A DNA stretch of 64,000 nucleotides from Anaerolineae bacterium (lineage in GTDB: Bacteria; Chloroflexota; Anaerolineae; 4572-78; NAK82): contig DAOTVI010000082.1 of the NCBI GenBank assembly GCA_034436775.1, positions 2,753 to 66,752 of the forward strand, in the 5' to 3' direction. Positions within the stretch are counted from its first letter, which is position 1. Every line of letters begins with the position of its first letter. The position numbers and the translations under genes were made by a program. Below are positions 29,410 through 39,968 of this stretch, piece after piece. The notes beneath the pieces were generated by a model. The model did no database searches. It worked only from the letters and a program-made list of their open reading frames with translations, and had not been told where the DNA came from.

Positions 29410-32016
29410 TTGATAAAACAGGGAATTGGCCAGGAGATCATCCTAATGATGGAAAACTCCCCAGCACAAAAGACGGAAGGACGCTACCTGGAGCAACCCA
29501 TCGTGTGGCAGCGGTTGATTGATGCCCTTCCCGACTTGATCTACGTGAAAGATCCAGAAAACCGCTATATAGCAGTAAATCGTGCGATGGCGCTTTTTCT
29601 CGGCGCACCCGATCCAACCGCTGTGGTGGGCAAGACGGACTATGCATTCTATCCATCCGAGATAGCCGACCGTCTGAGAGCCGATGAGCAAAATGTGATG
29701 CGCAATGGCTGTCCTATGGTCGACTATGAGGAGTTGCTTCCATGCCCTGCTTCCGGAGAGATGTGCTGGATCTCCACAACTCAAGTGCCAATACGTGACC
29801 ACCGCGGCGCCATCGTTGGTTTGATTGGCATTGGCAGACACATCACGGCACGCAAACGCGAAGAGGCAGCGCGCCAGGCCCGGCTGGCACGCCTGGAACG
29901 GCAACAACGTGCGCTTGTCACCTTGGCAACCCATCCAACGGTTCTTTCGGGCGACTTCGAGGCAGCTTGCCGTATCATCACTGAGCTGGCAGCCGAGACT
30001 ATGGAGGTTGAGCGCTGCAGCATATGGTCGCTGGAGAACCCGCGGGAATTGCGCTGTGTCAACCTGTTCGAACGCTCCTCAGGCCGTCATTCAAGCGGAA
30101 TGGTCTTACAAGCGGAACATTATCCAAGATACTTTGAGGCGATTCACACCGCACGCGTCATCGATGCGCACGATGTCTTGGCAGATGCCCGAACCAATGC
30201 GTTCTCTGATGATTATCTCATTCCCCTGGGCATCACCTCATTGCTGGATGCTCCGGTGCGCGTAGAAGGCCAGGTCGTCGGCATTGTGTGTCATGAACAT
30301 GTCGGGCCTGCGCGCCGCTGGCATGAGGACGAAATTGTCTTCGCAGGCGAAGTAGCGGATCAAGTGGCACAAGCGCTGCTGAATCGCCGACAGCAAAAGG
30401 CCGAAGAGGCATTGCGCCGCAATCAGGAGCGGCTTGAGCTGGTATTGCGCGGCGCTGGTTTGGGCATGTACGACTGGAACCTGCGCAGCGGAGAGGTGGT
30501 GATCAACGCACGATATGCTGAAATGTTGGGCTATACCCTTGAGGAGCTACAACCGTTCACGATCCAGACTTGGGTGGATCTGATCCATCCCGAGGATCGC
30601 CCCCAGGAGATGGAAGCCCTCCAAAGGGAGATGAACGCGGATTTCCCGCTCGTGGACACTGAATATCGGATGCGCACCCGTGATGGGGATTGGAAATGGA
30701 TCCTTGACCGAGGCAAGGTGGTCGAATGGGACCAAGATGGGAAGCCTTTGCGCATCTGTGGCACCCACTTGGACATCACGGAACGCAAGCGGGCAGAAGA
30801 AGCGCATCACAAGCTGCTCGCCCGCGCAATGGAGACCCAGAAGCTCGAAGCGATTGGCCAGCTCACCGCCGGCATTGCCCATGAATTCAACAACCTTTTG
30901 ACGAGCATCAACGGCTTTGCCGAGTTGCTCCAAATGGAACTGGCGTTGGATGACCCACGCCGCCACAGAGTTGAGCGCATCTTGGCCTCCGGCCAGCGCG
31001 CCGCACGTCTGGTCAATCAATTGCTCGCTTTCGGGCGCAGACAGATCATTATGCCCCAAGTGCTGGATCTCAATCGGGTGTTAGGTGGCATGATATCGGT
31101 GGTGCGTATGGCATTGCGCTACAACATCGCGCTGGTCACCGATTTCGAACCTGCCCTGTGGCTGGTCAAGATCGACCCCGCCCAGGTCGAGCAAATCGTG
31201 CTCAACCTGGTGTTCAATGCACGCGACGCGATGCCGGAGGGTGGTACCCTCACCATACGCACCGCCAATGTCATGCTTGATAAGGCATCTTCAGAACGGC
31301 ATCTTGACTTAGAAGCCGGGCGATATGTGCTCCTAGCGATCGAAGATACTGGTATTGGAATGGATAACTATGTGAAGCAGCACCTCTTTGAGCCATTTTT
31401 CACAACCAAAGAGGTGGGCAAAGGCACCGGCCTGGGCCTGGCAGCAGTGTTCGGCATCGTCAAGCAAAATGGAGGCGATATCACCGTCGAAAGCTCTCCG
31501 GGCACAGGCACGGCGGTGCACATTTATCTACCGGCGGTCGAGGAAGCCGGTGTCCCGGACAAACACCTGAGAACGCCCGAGGCGAGCCAACCCCTCCCTC
31601 TTGGAACGATTTTGGTGTTCGAAGAACACGAAGGGGTGAGACAACTCGTGCAGGCGATCCTGGATCAAGAAGGATATCAGACGCTCATCGCAGCAAATAA
31701 GCAAGAGGCACTGGCGCTGGCCACACAGTATGGCGGCCGGATCGATCTATTGATCACCGACGAACCATCCGATGCGCCCTTGTCCAGTGCGGACAGCGGT
31801 CACGTGATCGAAGCCCTGCTTGCAACCTGTCCGGGTATGAAAGTGCTCCACATGACCGCTTACGAGGACGAGCTCCAGGAGAAGGAACGCAAAGCCCCTC
31901 CTGGCGTCGCCTATATTCTCAAACCCTTCCGCCCCTCTGAGCTGGCCATACAGGTGCGCCGCCTTCTGGAACGCGGAACTCAGTATTCCAGCGAGGAAGC
32001 GCGCCCCAACCGCTGA
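29410..32016 (+). CDS. cytoplasmic hybrid histidine kinase PAS-GAF-PAS-HisKA-HATPase-REC
   Basis: [24 protein letters not shown]...GTGLGL; C-terminal REC (LLITD...ILKPF). Confidence 0.9.
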   Translation: MIKQGIGQEIILMMENSPAQKTEGRYLEQPIVWQRLIDALPDLIYVKDPENRYIAVNRAMALFLGAPDPTAVVGKTDYAFYPSEIADRLRADEQNVMRNGCPMVDYEELLPCPASGEMCWISTTQVPIRDHRGAIVGLIGIGRHITARKREEAARQARLARLERQQRALVTLATHPTVLSGDFEAACRIITELAAETMEVERCSIWSLENPRELRCVNLFERSSGRHSSGMVLQAEHYPRYFEAIHTARVIDAHDVLADARTNAFSDDYLIPLGITSLLDAPVRVEGQVVGIVCHEHVGPARRWHEDEIVFAGEVADQVAQALLNRRQQKAEEALRRNQERLELVLRGAGLGMYDWNLRSGEVVINARYAEMLGYTLEELQPFTIQTWVDLIHPEDRPQEMEALQREMNADFPLVDTEYRMRTRDGDWKWILDRGKVVEWDQDGKPLRICGTHLDITERKRAEEAHHKLLARAMETQKLEAIGQLTAGIAHEFNNLLTSINGFAELLQMELALDDPRRHRVERILASGQRAARLVNQLLAFGRRQIIMPQVLDLNRVLGGMISVVRMALRYNIALVTDFEPALWLVKIDPAQVEQIVLNLVFNARDAMPEGGTLTIRTANVMLDKASSERHLDLEAGRYVLLAIEDTGIGMDNYVKQHLFEPFFTTKEVGKGTGLGLAAVFGIVKQNGGDITVESSPGTGTAVHIYLPAVEEAGVPDKHLRTPEASQPLPLGTILVFEEHEGVRQLVQAILDQEGYQTLIAANKQEALALATQYGGRIDLLITDEPSDAPLSSADSGHVIEALLATCPGMKVLHMTAYEDELQEKERKAPPGVAYILKPFRPSELAIQVRRLLERGTQYSSEEARPNR

Positions 32017-32993
32017 CGGAAGACCCAGTAAGACCACGCCTGATAGAGCAATACCACCGGCACCAAAGCCAGTGCAATATAGCTCATAATCCTGAGCGTA
32101 TAAGCGCTGGACGATGCGGTGTAGATGGTCAGACTCCAGTCTGGATTAAGGCTGGAGACCATCACGCGGGGATACAATCCGAGGAATAAAGCGCTCACCA
32201 CCAGAAGGATGGTAATTCCCACGGTGGCGAAGGCAACGCCGGGACGGCCCTTCTGGAGCGACAATCCTGAAATCCCCAATGCGACACCTGCCAGCAATGG
32301 CAGCAGGAACAGCGCCGCCGGCCATCGCGTCGTCACGTCCGTCGTGAGGACGCCGACGGCCAACGCCACCAGTAATACGACGAACGTGGGTGCCCACAGC
32401 TGTCTTGCCGTGGTGCGCGCTTGTGCCGCAATCTCTCCCTCGGTCTTCAAAGCGAGGAAAATGGCCCCGTGGAAGAGAAACCCGAGAACGCCCGCCAGGC
32501 CCCATATCAACGCCGGCAAATTGAGAAGGGTGATCAAGCTGCCCTGATAGGTCATCTGGGCATCGATCGGCACCCCGCGCAGCAAATTGAAGAGAGCCAC
32601 CGGCAACAGGAGTGAGGGCACCAGGCTCCCTGCAAAGAGCATCCAATCCCAAACGCCACGCCAACGCGGGCTCTCCAGCTTGCTGCGAAACTCAAACGCG
32701 ACGCCCCGCACAATCAGGGCCAGCAGCACCAGCACAAACGCGATGTAAAATCCACTAAACATCGTAGCATACCAGTGCGGAAACGCGGCGAACAGCGCTC
32801 CCCCGGCGGTGATTAACCACACTTCGTTACCATCCCAGTGTGGTCCGACGGTGTTGATGAGTACCCGGCGTGTTCGGTCGTCTTTGCCGAGGAAGGGCAA
32901 TAGCATGCCCACTCCATAATCAAAGCCCTCGAGGAAGAAGAAACCGGCGAAGAGCACACCGATCAGGATGAACCACAACGTATTCAGATCCAT
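31980..32993 (-). CDS. cydB: cytochrome bd ubiquinol oxidase subunit II
   Basis: LEGFDYGVG, GPHWDGNEVWLI, RGVAFEFR. Confidence 0.95.
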   Translation of the reverse strand: MDLNTLWFILIGVLFAGFFFLEGFDYGVGMLLPFLGKDDRTRRVLINTVGPHWDGNEVWLITAGGALFAAFPHWYATMFSGFYIAFVLVLLALIVRGVAFEFRSKLESPRWRGVWDWMLFAGSLVPSLLLPVALFNLLRGVPIDAQMTYQGSLITLLNLPALIWGLAGVLGFLFHGAIFLALKTEGEIAAQARTTARQLWAPTFVVLLVALAVGVLTTDVTTRWPAALFLLPLLAGVALGISGLSLQKGRPGVAFATVGITILLVVSALFLGLYPRVMVSSLNPDWSLTIYTASSSAYTLRIMSYIALALVPVVLLYQAWSYWVFRQRLGRASSLEY

Positions 32994-33015
32994 CTTCCTC
33001 TGCCCCCTTCATGCA

Positions 33016-34392
33016 TCAATAAGCCAATGCAGCGGATTCCGGCTGCTCTTGTTCCGTGGTTCCTTGCTTGGCAAATCGCATCAGCAAGTAGATATCTGCG
33101 ATCATCAACCCACCGTAAACCAGGGTGAAGAGCAGAAGCGAGAAGGCCAACATGCCGGGCGTGACCGTCGGTGATATCGCGTCTTTAGTTTTCTGCAAAC
33201 CATAGACGATCCACGGCTGGCGCCCCATTTCGGTGAGCAGCCAACCGGCGGTGTTCGCGATATAAGGCAGACCGATGGCCGGGATCAGCACCCGGAGGAA
33301 GATCGGGGCACGCTCAAATTTTCCACGCCACACCAGAATCACGGCAATAAGGGCCAGCAAGGCCAATAGAAAGCCAGCTCCTACCATGATTCGGAAGGCG
33401 AAGTAGCTCAGCATCACTGGAGGTACATAGTTATCCGGTCCCAAACGAGCCACGTAATCCGCCTGAAGGTCTTCAATGCCCTTTATTTCTCCACTGAAGC
33501 GATTGTAGGTCAGAAAGCTCAACACAGCCGGGATGCGAATCGCGATCAGCTCTGAGACTCGACTCTCATCCTGGTGCACAATGCTAAACAGAGAGAAGGA
33601 AGCCGGATCCTCGCTGCGAACCAGCGCCTCGAGTGCGGCCAGCTTCATCGGCTGGCTCTGCGCGATGTGCTGCGTCTGGGCATGGCCGACCAGAATGACC
33701 AACACGCTTCCGATGATGGCAGCGATTGCACCCATGCGAAAAGAACGCTGAAAGGCCTCTCGATCGTCATTTCGCTTGAGCAGGTGATAAGCGCTGATAC
33801 CCATAATGAAGAAGGACGCCGTCACGATCCCCGAAGCGAGGACATGGGGATACTGGGTGATGATGTTGGGATTGGTGATCAAAGCCCCAAAATCGGTCAA
33901 CTGCGCCCGACCATCAACGATGGCATAACCGACAGGCTGCTGCATAAACGAGTTGGCAATCAGGATCCACAGGCCCGAAAGATTGGAGCCGAACGCGACC
34001 AGCCACATCGTCGCGGCATGCAATGCTTTGGGCAGCCTATTCCAACCGAAAATCCAGACGCCCAAGAAGGTCGACTCAAGGAAAAACGAGCTCAAAGCTT
34101 CGGTTGCCAGAGGCACCCCGAAGATATCGCCCATAAAACGGGCATACTCCGACCAGTTCATGCCAAACTGGAATTCCAGGACGATACCGGTGACCACACC
34201 CAGGGCAAAATTAATGAGGAGCAATTTGCCCCAGAACTTTGTCATACGTTTGTACACTTCTTTCCCAGTACGCACATAGACAGTTTCCATAATCGCCACT
34301 AGGATGGGAAGTCCCAGTGTCAGGGGAACAAAAAAGAAGTGATAGACGGTTGTAATGCCAAACTGCAGACGTGCCAATGTCACCGCATCCAT
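33016..34392 (-). CDS. cydA: cytochrome bd ubiquinol oxidase subunit I
   Basis: ARLQF...HFFFVPLT, EFQFGMNW, FFLES, QPMKLAA, EMGRQPW. Confidence 0.96.
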   Translation of the reverse strand: MDAVTLARLQFGITTVYHFFFVPLTLGLPILVAIMETVYVRTGKEVYKRMTKFWGKLLLINFALGVVTGIVLEFQFGMNWSEYARFMGDIFGVPLATEALSSFFLESTFLGVWIFGWNRLPKALHAATMWLVAFGSNLSGLWILIANSFMQQPVGYAIVDGRAQLTDFGALITNPNIITQYPHVLASGIVTASFFIMGISAYHLLKRNDDREAFQRSFRMGAIAAIIGSVLVILVGHAQTQHIAQSQPMKLAALEALVRSEDPASFSLFSIVHQDESRVSELIAIRIPAVLSFLTYNRFSGEIKGIEDLQADYVARLGPDNYVPPVMLSYFAFRIMVGAGFLLALLALIAVILVWRGKFERAPIFLRVLIPAIGLPYIANTAGWLLTEMGRQPWIVYGLQKTKDAISPTVTPGMLAFSLLLFTLVYGGLMIADIYLLMRFAKQGTTEQEQPESAALAY

Positions 34393-34475
34393 GGTGTTCT
34401 CCCTCTTGGATCATTGAGTCGCTCGTCACCAGTGGGCATAAAACATGCCATATTCTAGTTAAAATGTCAAAACGC

Positions 34476-34565
34476 GAGGGTGTTGAAAAAGTCCCTGGAC
34501 CGCTCAGATTTTTGTGGGGAAGTGGGCCGATAAAGCGGCCAACTGATGCGTTTTTCAACACTCTC
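34476..34565. mobile_element. 90-bp MITE-like element, copy 1 (15-bp TIR GAGGGTGTTGAAAAA)
   Basis: Ends gagggtgttgaaaaa...tttttcaacactctc; gap-free alignment with 45420-45509 gives 71/90 identities by hand. Confidence 0.7.
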
Positions 34566-34577
34566 CAAAATGGGCAC

Positions 34578-34606
34578 TTGTTTCTCTTACCACCTTAGCG
34601 TATAAT
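34578..34606 (+). promoter_or_regulatory. sigma70-type promoter for the glc operon
   Basis: TTGTTT-17 bp-TATAAT, 12 bp downstream of the MITE-like element. Confidence 0.6.
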
Positions 34607-34723
34607 AGCCTGCCAATGTGCAGCACCAGGTGCCGTTGAGCGCGCTTGGAGCCGTAAAGGAAAAGATGCTCGCTTCAACATATGCGTTGCGAGATTCAGG
34701 ATTACAGATGATGGGATTGGCGG

Positions 34724-36076
34724 TTGATTATGATACGTGACATTGAGCTATTCCGGACCCCTGAATACCGACGTAAGCTCTCCCAATGTGTCCACTGCGG
34801 CCTGTGCCTGTCCGCCTGTCCCACCTATGCCATCTTCGGTGTGGAGACGGACGGGCCACGCGGTCGCATTGCGCTGATGCGCGCCGCGGCCGAGGGCAGA
34901 ATGAGCTTGGAAGACTTCCGCCGTGCTTTCGCGCCACACATAATGTTGTGTCTCGCCTGTCGCGCGTGCGAGACCGCATGCCCATCCGGCGTGCAATACG
35001 GCGCCTTGGTGGAAGTCGCTCGCCAGGTGGTGGAACACAACCGCACGCCTGGCCTGGGGGAACGCTGGCTGCGCTGGGTCGGCATGCGGCTGGTGTTGCC
35101 CCGCTTATGGCTGTTGAAGCTACTTGCACGCCTGCTCTGGTTGTACCAGGTCAGCCGGTTGCAACAGGTGGTGCGCGCGTTCCGTCGCTGGTTGCCGAAG
35201 ACGCTCCGCGCGATGGAGGAGATTCTGCCGGCCATCGTGCCCCGTTACCAGGACTATCGCCGGCCAGCGCCTGCATTAGGGACGCCCCACGGTCGTTTGC
35301 TCTTCTTCACCGGTTGCATCCAAGAAGCATTTCTCTCCCAGATTAACCAGGCAACCTTGCGGGTGCTCCAGCGCAACGGTTACACGGTCTATGCCCCGAT
35401 CGAGCAGACCTGTTGCGGCGCTCCCCATTTTCACATGGGCGACCTGGAGACGGCACGCCAACTGGCGCGGCGTAACATTGATGTCTTCCTGAGCCAGGAC
35501 GGCCAACATGAAGCGGTGATCTGCAATGCAGGCGGATGCGGCACCATCCTGAAAGAGTATCCCCACCTGTTGGCGGATGATCCCGCATATGCCGAACGCG
35601 CCCGGCGCTTTGCGGCGATGGTCAAGGACGTCAGCGAGTTTCTGGCCGAACACCTGAATGTACCGCCCCGGGGTGAGGTCAGGGCACGCGCTACCTATGC
35701 CGATTCATGCCACCTGCGCCATGGTCAGAAGGTGGTCAGCCAACCGCGCAAGCTGCTCAAATCCATTCCTGGCCTGCAGCTGGTCGAACTCCAGGCACCG
35801 GATCGTTGCTGTGGCAGCGCGGGTGTGTACAACATCGCCCAGGTGGATGCCGCCAACGCGATCCTGGACGCCAAGATGGCCGACATTGCCGCCACCGGCG
35901 CCGATCTGATCGTGACGACGAACACAGGTTGTCATATGCAACTGCTCGCCGGCGTGCGCCGCGCTGGCCTCTCGGCCAAGGTGATGCATCTGGTCGAGGT
36001 GCTCGATCTCTCTTACCGCAGCGGCGATGAAATCTCCGCTGCGCCCCCTGTTTCCCCAAGGGAAGAGGCACGATGA
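34724..36076 (+). CDS. glcF: glycolate oxidase iron-sulfur subunit
   Basis: CVHCGLCLSACP, CLACRACETACPSG, two CCG domains (TCCGA, RCCGSAGVYN). Confidence 0.9.
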   Translation: MIMIRDIELFRTPEYRRKLSQCVHCGLCLSACPTYAIFGVETDGPRGRIALMRAAAEGRMSLEDFRRAFAPHIMLCLACRACETACPSGVQYGALVEVARQVVEHNRTPGLGERWLRWVGMRLVLPRLWLLKLLARLLWLYQVSRLQQVVRAFRRWLPKTLRAMEEILPAIVPRYQDYRRPAPALGTPHGRLLFFTGCIQEAFLSQINQATLRVLQRNGYTVYAPIEQTCCGAPHFHMGDLETARQLARRNIDVFLSQDGQHEAVICNAGGCGTILKEYPHLLADDPAYAERARRFAAMVKDVSEFLAEHLNVPPRGEVRARATYADSCHLRHGQKVVSQPRKLLKSIPGLQLVELQAPDRCCGSAGVYNIAQVDAANAILDAKMADIAATGADLIVTTNTGCHMQLLAGVRRAGLSAKVMHLVEVLDLSYRSGDEISAAPPVSPREEAR

Positions 36077-38685
36077 AAACAACTGTGACACCCACAGCAA
36101 CTTCTGTTTCGCCTTTCGACACCCTCGCCCAGCTGCTGAACGACGGGCAGGTCATCACCCATCCAGTCGAGCTGATCCCCTATGAGCGCGATGGCACGCT
36201 GGTGCGCGGAAAGCCCCAGGCGGTGGTCTTACCCCACTCCCGGGACGAGGTGGTGCGCGTGGTACGTTGGGCTGCAGAGCATCGCGTGCCTATGGTCGCA
36301 CGGGGTGCCGGCACCGGGCTTTCCGGCGGCGCCGTTGCCGAGGATGGTGGCGTGATCGTCAGCTTCGCCCGCATGAAGCAGATCCTCGCGCTCGACCGCG
36401 AGGGCGGCCTGGTGATCACCCAGCCCGGCGTCACCAACCAGATGCTGGATGATACGGTCAAGAAGCTCGGTCTCTACTTTCCGCCTGACCCCTCCAGCGG
36501 GCGCTCCGCGACGATCGGCGGTAATATTGCCGAGAATTCCGGTGGACCCCACTGCTTCAAGTATGGCGTGACCACAAACTATGTCAATGGCCTGGAAGTG
36601 GTGCTATATGGTGGGCAGGTGCTCCAGTTGGGCGGCGCCGCGGTTGACTACCCGGGCTATGACTTCATCAGCCTGTTTACCGGCAGCGAGGGCACCTTAG
36701 GTTTGGTCACCGCCGCCACACTGCGCTTGATGCGCAACCCGCCCGCCGTCAAGACGATGATGGCCGCCTTCGATTCGGTGGAGGAGGCAGGCGATGCGGT
36801 GTCCGCTGTGATCGCACAGGGCTTGATGCCGGCAACGATGGAGATGATGGATCAAAAGATGATGCGCATCATCGAGGACTACGTGCACGTCGGTCTACCG
36901 GTGGAAGCGGGCGCCGCGCTGATCATTGAAGTGGACGGCTATCCGGAGAGCCTGGACGCCCAGATGGACGAGGTGGTGGATGTGCTCCGCCGCCAGAATG
37001 CGCGCGAGTTGCGCATCACCCAGACCCCTGAAGAGCGCGAGAAGCTGTGGTATGGACGCAAGAGCGCCTTTGGCGCCATCGCCCGCCTGGCGCCTTCCTA
37101 CTATGTGCTGGATGGGACGGTGCCGCGCAGCCGGCTGGGTGCTGCCCTGGTGGGAGTTGACCGCATCTGCAATGCGCTTAACCTGCGTGTGGCCAACGTC
37201 TTCCATGCGGGTGATGGCAACCTGCACCCTCTGGTGCTGATTGAAGACCCCGATGACCACGAGCTGCTCGAACGCGTCCACGAAGCGGGACGCCAAATTA
37301 TGCGGCTGTGTCTGGATCTGGGCGGCAGCATCACCGGCGAACATGGCGTGGGCATCGAGAAACGCGCCTACATGGCGCTGATGTACGACCATGCCGCGCT
37401 TTCCGCCATGTGGGATGTCAAGCACGTATTCGACCCCCATGGACTGTTCAACCCGGGCAAGGTGCTGCCCCCGTTGTCGGCAGTTGCCCCTGCTCCCGAA
37501 GCGCCCACCCCCAGCGTGCCCGATTCGCCTTGCGCGCCTGCCTCGGCTGAGGAGGTGGCACAAGCGCTGCGGGCTTGGGTGGCAGAAGGACGCGCTGTTT
37601 ACATCCGGGGCGCCGCCAGCAAGTTCACCCCGCCCCAAGAGGACGGCGCGGCGGTGCTTGCCACGCACGCACTGCGCGGCATCAGCACCTATGCCCTGGA
37701 GGATCTCTACGTGACCGTGCGCGCGGGCACCCCGCTGGCCGAGCTGCAAGCAGAGCTGGAACGCGATGGGATGTGGGTGCCCCTGGTCTCTCCCTGGCCG
37801 GGCGCCACGCTGGGCGGCATCATGGCCAGCAACTTCAATGCTCCCTTGCGCATGCGCTATGGCGCCATCCGCGACCTGCTGCTTGCCGCGACGATGGTGC
37901 TGCCGGACGGGCGCATCATTCGCATCGGGCGCCCCGTCGTCAAGAACGTGGCCGGCTACGACTTACACCGATTGTTTGTAGGGTCTTATGGCACCCTGGG
38001 CGTGATCACCGAGGCAACATGGCGCTTGTATCCGCTGCCCCGCGCGCGTGCCAGCTTGCTGGTGACGTGTGATAACCTCTCCCAGGCGCTGCAATGCGCC
38101 GGCGCGCTGCTCCCGGTCTGTCTGATCGCTTCTGCTCTGCTCATTGGCCACCGTCCCTCCCCGATCGAGGTGGAGGGTGTGCGCATCGAGTCGCCCTACG
38201 TGGTGATCTACACGGCTGAGGGGGTGCCGGAGGATGTGCGCGCCGAGCTGCGCCAGGCGCGCACCGCGCTGCAATCCATCGGGACCTCAGACATATGGGA
38301 GAGCACCCAATGGCACGGCAGTACCCTCTGGGCTAACTATCTGGCATCGGGAACGCCGGCCGAGCTGATACGGGTGGGCGTCGGACGTAAAGACCTGCCC
38401 CAACTCCTCACGCGCCTGGCTCCCCTCTTGCATACGCACCCCTATTGTGCCGACGTAGCCACGGGATTGCTCTATGTGCCGGGTGGCGCCGCCCATCTGT
38501 CCCATATGGAGCCAATAGCCAGCGAGATGGGCGGCTATGCCATCCGCGCGACGGCGCCATGCCTGAGCGCCAATGGCGCAACCGGATGCAGCCGCGCGCC
38601 GGAGGGCTGGGAACTGATGCGTCGGCTGAAAGCGCAGTGGGATGCGCGTCACTGCTTGAACCCTGGCCTGCTGTTCCCACGCTGA
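36073..38685 (+). CDS. glcD: fused GlcD-GlcE FAD-linked glycolate/2-hydroxyacid oxidase
   Basis: N-half: RGAGTGLSGG, PPDPSS, GGNIAENSGGP, FHAGDGNLHP, GEHGVG (GlcD). C-half: ATLGG, MRYG, VVKNVAGYDL, GSYGTLG (GlcE). ATGA overlap with glcF. Confidence 0.88.
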   Translation: MKTTVTPTATSVSPFDTLAQLLNDGQVITHPVELIPYERDGTLVRGKPQAVVLPHSRDEVVRVVRWAAEHRVPMVARGAGTGLSGGAVAEDGGVIVSFARMKQILALDREGGLVITQPGVTNQMLDDTVKKLGLYFPPDPSSGRSATIGGNIAENSGGPHCFKYGVTTNYVNGLEVVLYGGQVLQLGGAAVDYPGYDFISLFTGSEGTLGLVTAATLRLMRNPPAVKTMMAAFDSVEEAGDAVSAVIAQGLMPATMEMMDQKMMRIIEDYVHVGLPVEAGAALIIEVDGYPESLDAQMDEVVDVLRRQNARELRITQTPEEREKLWYGRKSAFGAIARLAPSYYVLDGTVPRSRLGAALVGVDRICNALNLRVANVFHAGDGNLHPLVLIEDPDDHELLERVHEAGRQIMRLCLDLGGSITGEHGVGIEKRAYMALMYDHAALSAMWDVKHVFDPHGLFNPGKVLPPLSAVAPAPEAPTPSVPDSPCAPASAEEVAQALRAWVAEGRAVYIRGAASKFTPPQEDGAAVLATHALRGISTYALEDLYVTVRAGTPLAELQAELERDGMWVPLVSPWPGATLGGIMASNFNAPLRMRYGAIRDLLLAATMVLPDGRIIRIGRPVVKNVAGYDLHRLFVGSYGTLGVITEATWRLYPLPRARASLLVTCDNLSQALQCAGALLPVCLIASALLIGHRPSPIEVEGVRIESPYVVIYTAEGVPEDVRAELRQARTALQSIGTSDIWESTQWHGSTLWANYLASGTPAELIRVGVGRKDLPQLLTRLAPLLHTHPYCADVATGLLYVPGGAAHLSHMEPIASEMGGYAIRATAPCLSANGATGCSRAPEGWELMRRLKAQWDARHCLNPGLLFPR

Positions 38686-38758
38686 TGCGACCAGGGAGGT
38701 GGAACGCTCATCTTGAGCTCTATATAAGCACATTTTAAACCATTTCAGGAGTGGTGGT

Positions 38759-39874
38759 ATGCCAGATGAATTAAAGCTTCAAGTCCCCGAACGCATCCTG
38801 CTGGGTCCTGGGCCGAGCATGGTGCATCCGCGCGTGCGCCGCGCGATGAGCCAGCCCGTGTTGGGCCACCTGGATCCCCAGTTCCTGGCACTGATGAGCG
38901 AGATCCAGGAACATCTGCGCTACGTCTTCCAAACGCAAAACAAAATGACCATCCCGGTTTCGGGCACCGGCAGCGCCGCCATGGAGTGTGCTCTATGCAA
39001 CTTTATCGAGCCAGGTGACAGCGTGGTTGTCTGCGTCAACGGCTACTTCGGCACGCGTATGTGCGATATGGCAGCACGCTACGGCGCCACGGTGCGTCGG
39101 CTGGACAAAGCATGGGGGGATATCTTCTCGTTCGAGGAGATCGAAGCGGAGCTCAAGAAAGCTCCGGCCAAGCTGGTGGCCATCGTGCACGCCGAGACTT
39201 CCACCGGTGCCCTGCAGCCGATTGAGGGCCTCGCCGATATCGTCCATCGCTACGGTGCCCTGCTGGTGGTTGACTGCGTCACCTCCCTGGGCGGCGTACC
39301 CGTGCATGTGGATGCATGGGGCATCGATGTCGCCTACAGCGGCACGCAGAAGTGCCTGGGGGCACCGCCGGGTCTGGGGCCCATCACAGTGAGCGAACGC
39401 GCCATCGAGGTGTTACGCAATCGCAAGACGCCGGTTGCTAACTGGTATCTCGATCTGTCCTCCATTGAAAAGTACTGGGGCAACGCGCGCACGTATCACC
39501 ACACCGCGCCCATCTCGATGAACTATGCCCTGTACGAAGCACTCCAGATGGTGCGCGAAGAGGGACTGGAAGCGCGCTTCGCCCGCCATCGGCGCCATGC
39601 CGAAATGCTGTGGAATGGGCTTGAAGAGATGGATCTGGCGCTGCACGTCCCGTTGTCCCATCGCCTGCCGATGCTCACCACGGTGCGCATCCCGGAGGGC
39701 GTGACGGATATGGAGGTGCGCAGCCGCCTGATCAAAGAGTACAACATTGAGATCGCCGGCGGCTTCGGTGAGCTGGCCGGCAAAATCTGGCGCATCGGGC
39801 TGATGGGTTACTCATCACGCCCGGAGAATGTGACGCTGCTCCTCAACGCCCTGAGGGAAATCCTGGGACGCTGA
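38759..39874 (+). CDS. alanine/serine-glyoxylate aminotransferase (class V PLP)
   Basis: LLGPGPS, SGTGSAAME, VHAETSTG, SGTQKCL, HHTAP, WRIGLMG. Confidence 0.92.
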   Translation: MPDELKLQVPERILLGPGPSMVHPRVRRAMSQPVLGHLDPQFLALMSEIQEHLRYVFQTQNKMTIPVSGTGSAAMECALCNFIEPGDSVVVCVNGYFGTRMCDMAARYGATVRRLDKAWGDIFSFEEIEAELKKAPAKLVAIVHAETSTGALQPIEGLADIVHRYGALLVVDCVTSLGGVPVHVDAWGIDVAYSGTQKCLGAPPGLGPITVSERAIEVLRNRKTPVANWYLDLSSIEKYWGNARTYHHTAPISMNYALYEALQMVREEGLEARFARHRRHAEMLWNGLEEMDLALHVPLSHRLPMLTTVRIPEGVTDMEVRSRLIKEYNIEIAGGFGELAGKIWRIGLMGYSSRPENVTLLLNALREILGR

Positions 39875-39901
39875 TCCCCTCGAAGTTTTCTCACGGCACA
39901 G

Positions 39902-39933
39902 CATCGGGGCAGACCAATCGCTCTGCCCCGATG
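39902..39933. terminator. stem-loop between convergent genes
   Basis: CATCGGGGCAGA-8 nt-TCTGCCCCGATG perfect 12-bp inverted repeat; no clear U-tract. Confidence 0.5.
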
Positions 39934-39968
39934 GGTTCAACCCCGTGCCGTGGTACGGATGTCCGCGC

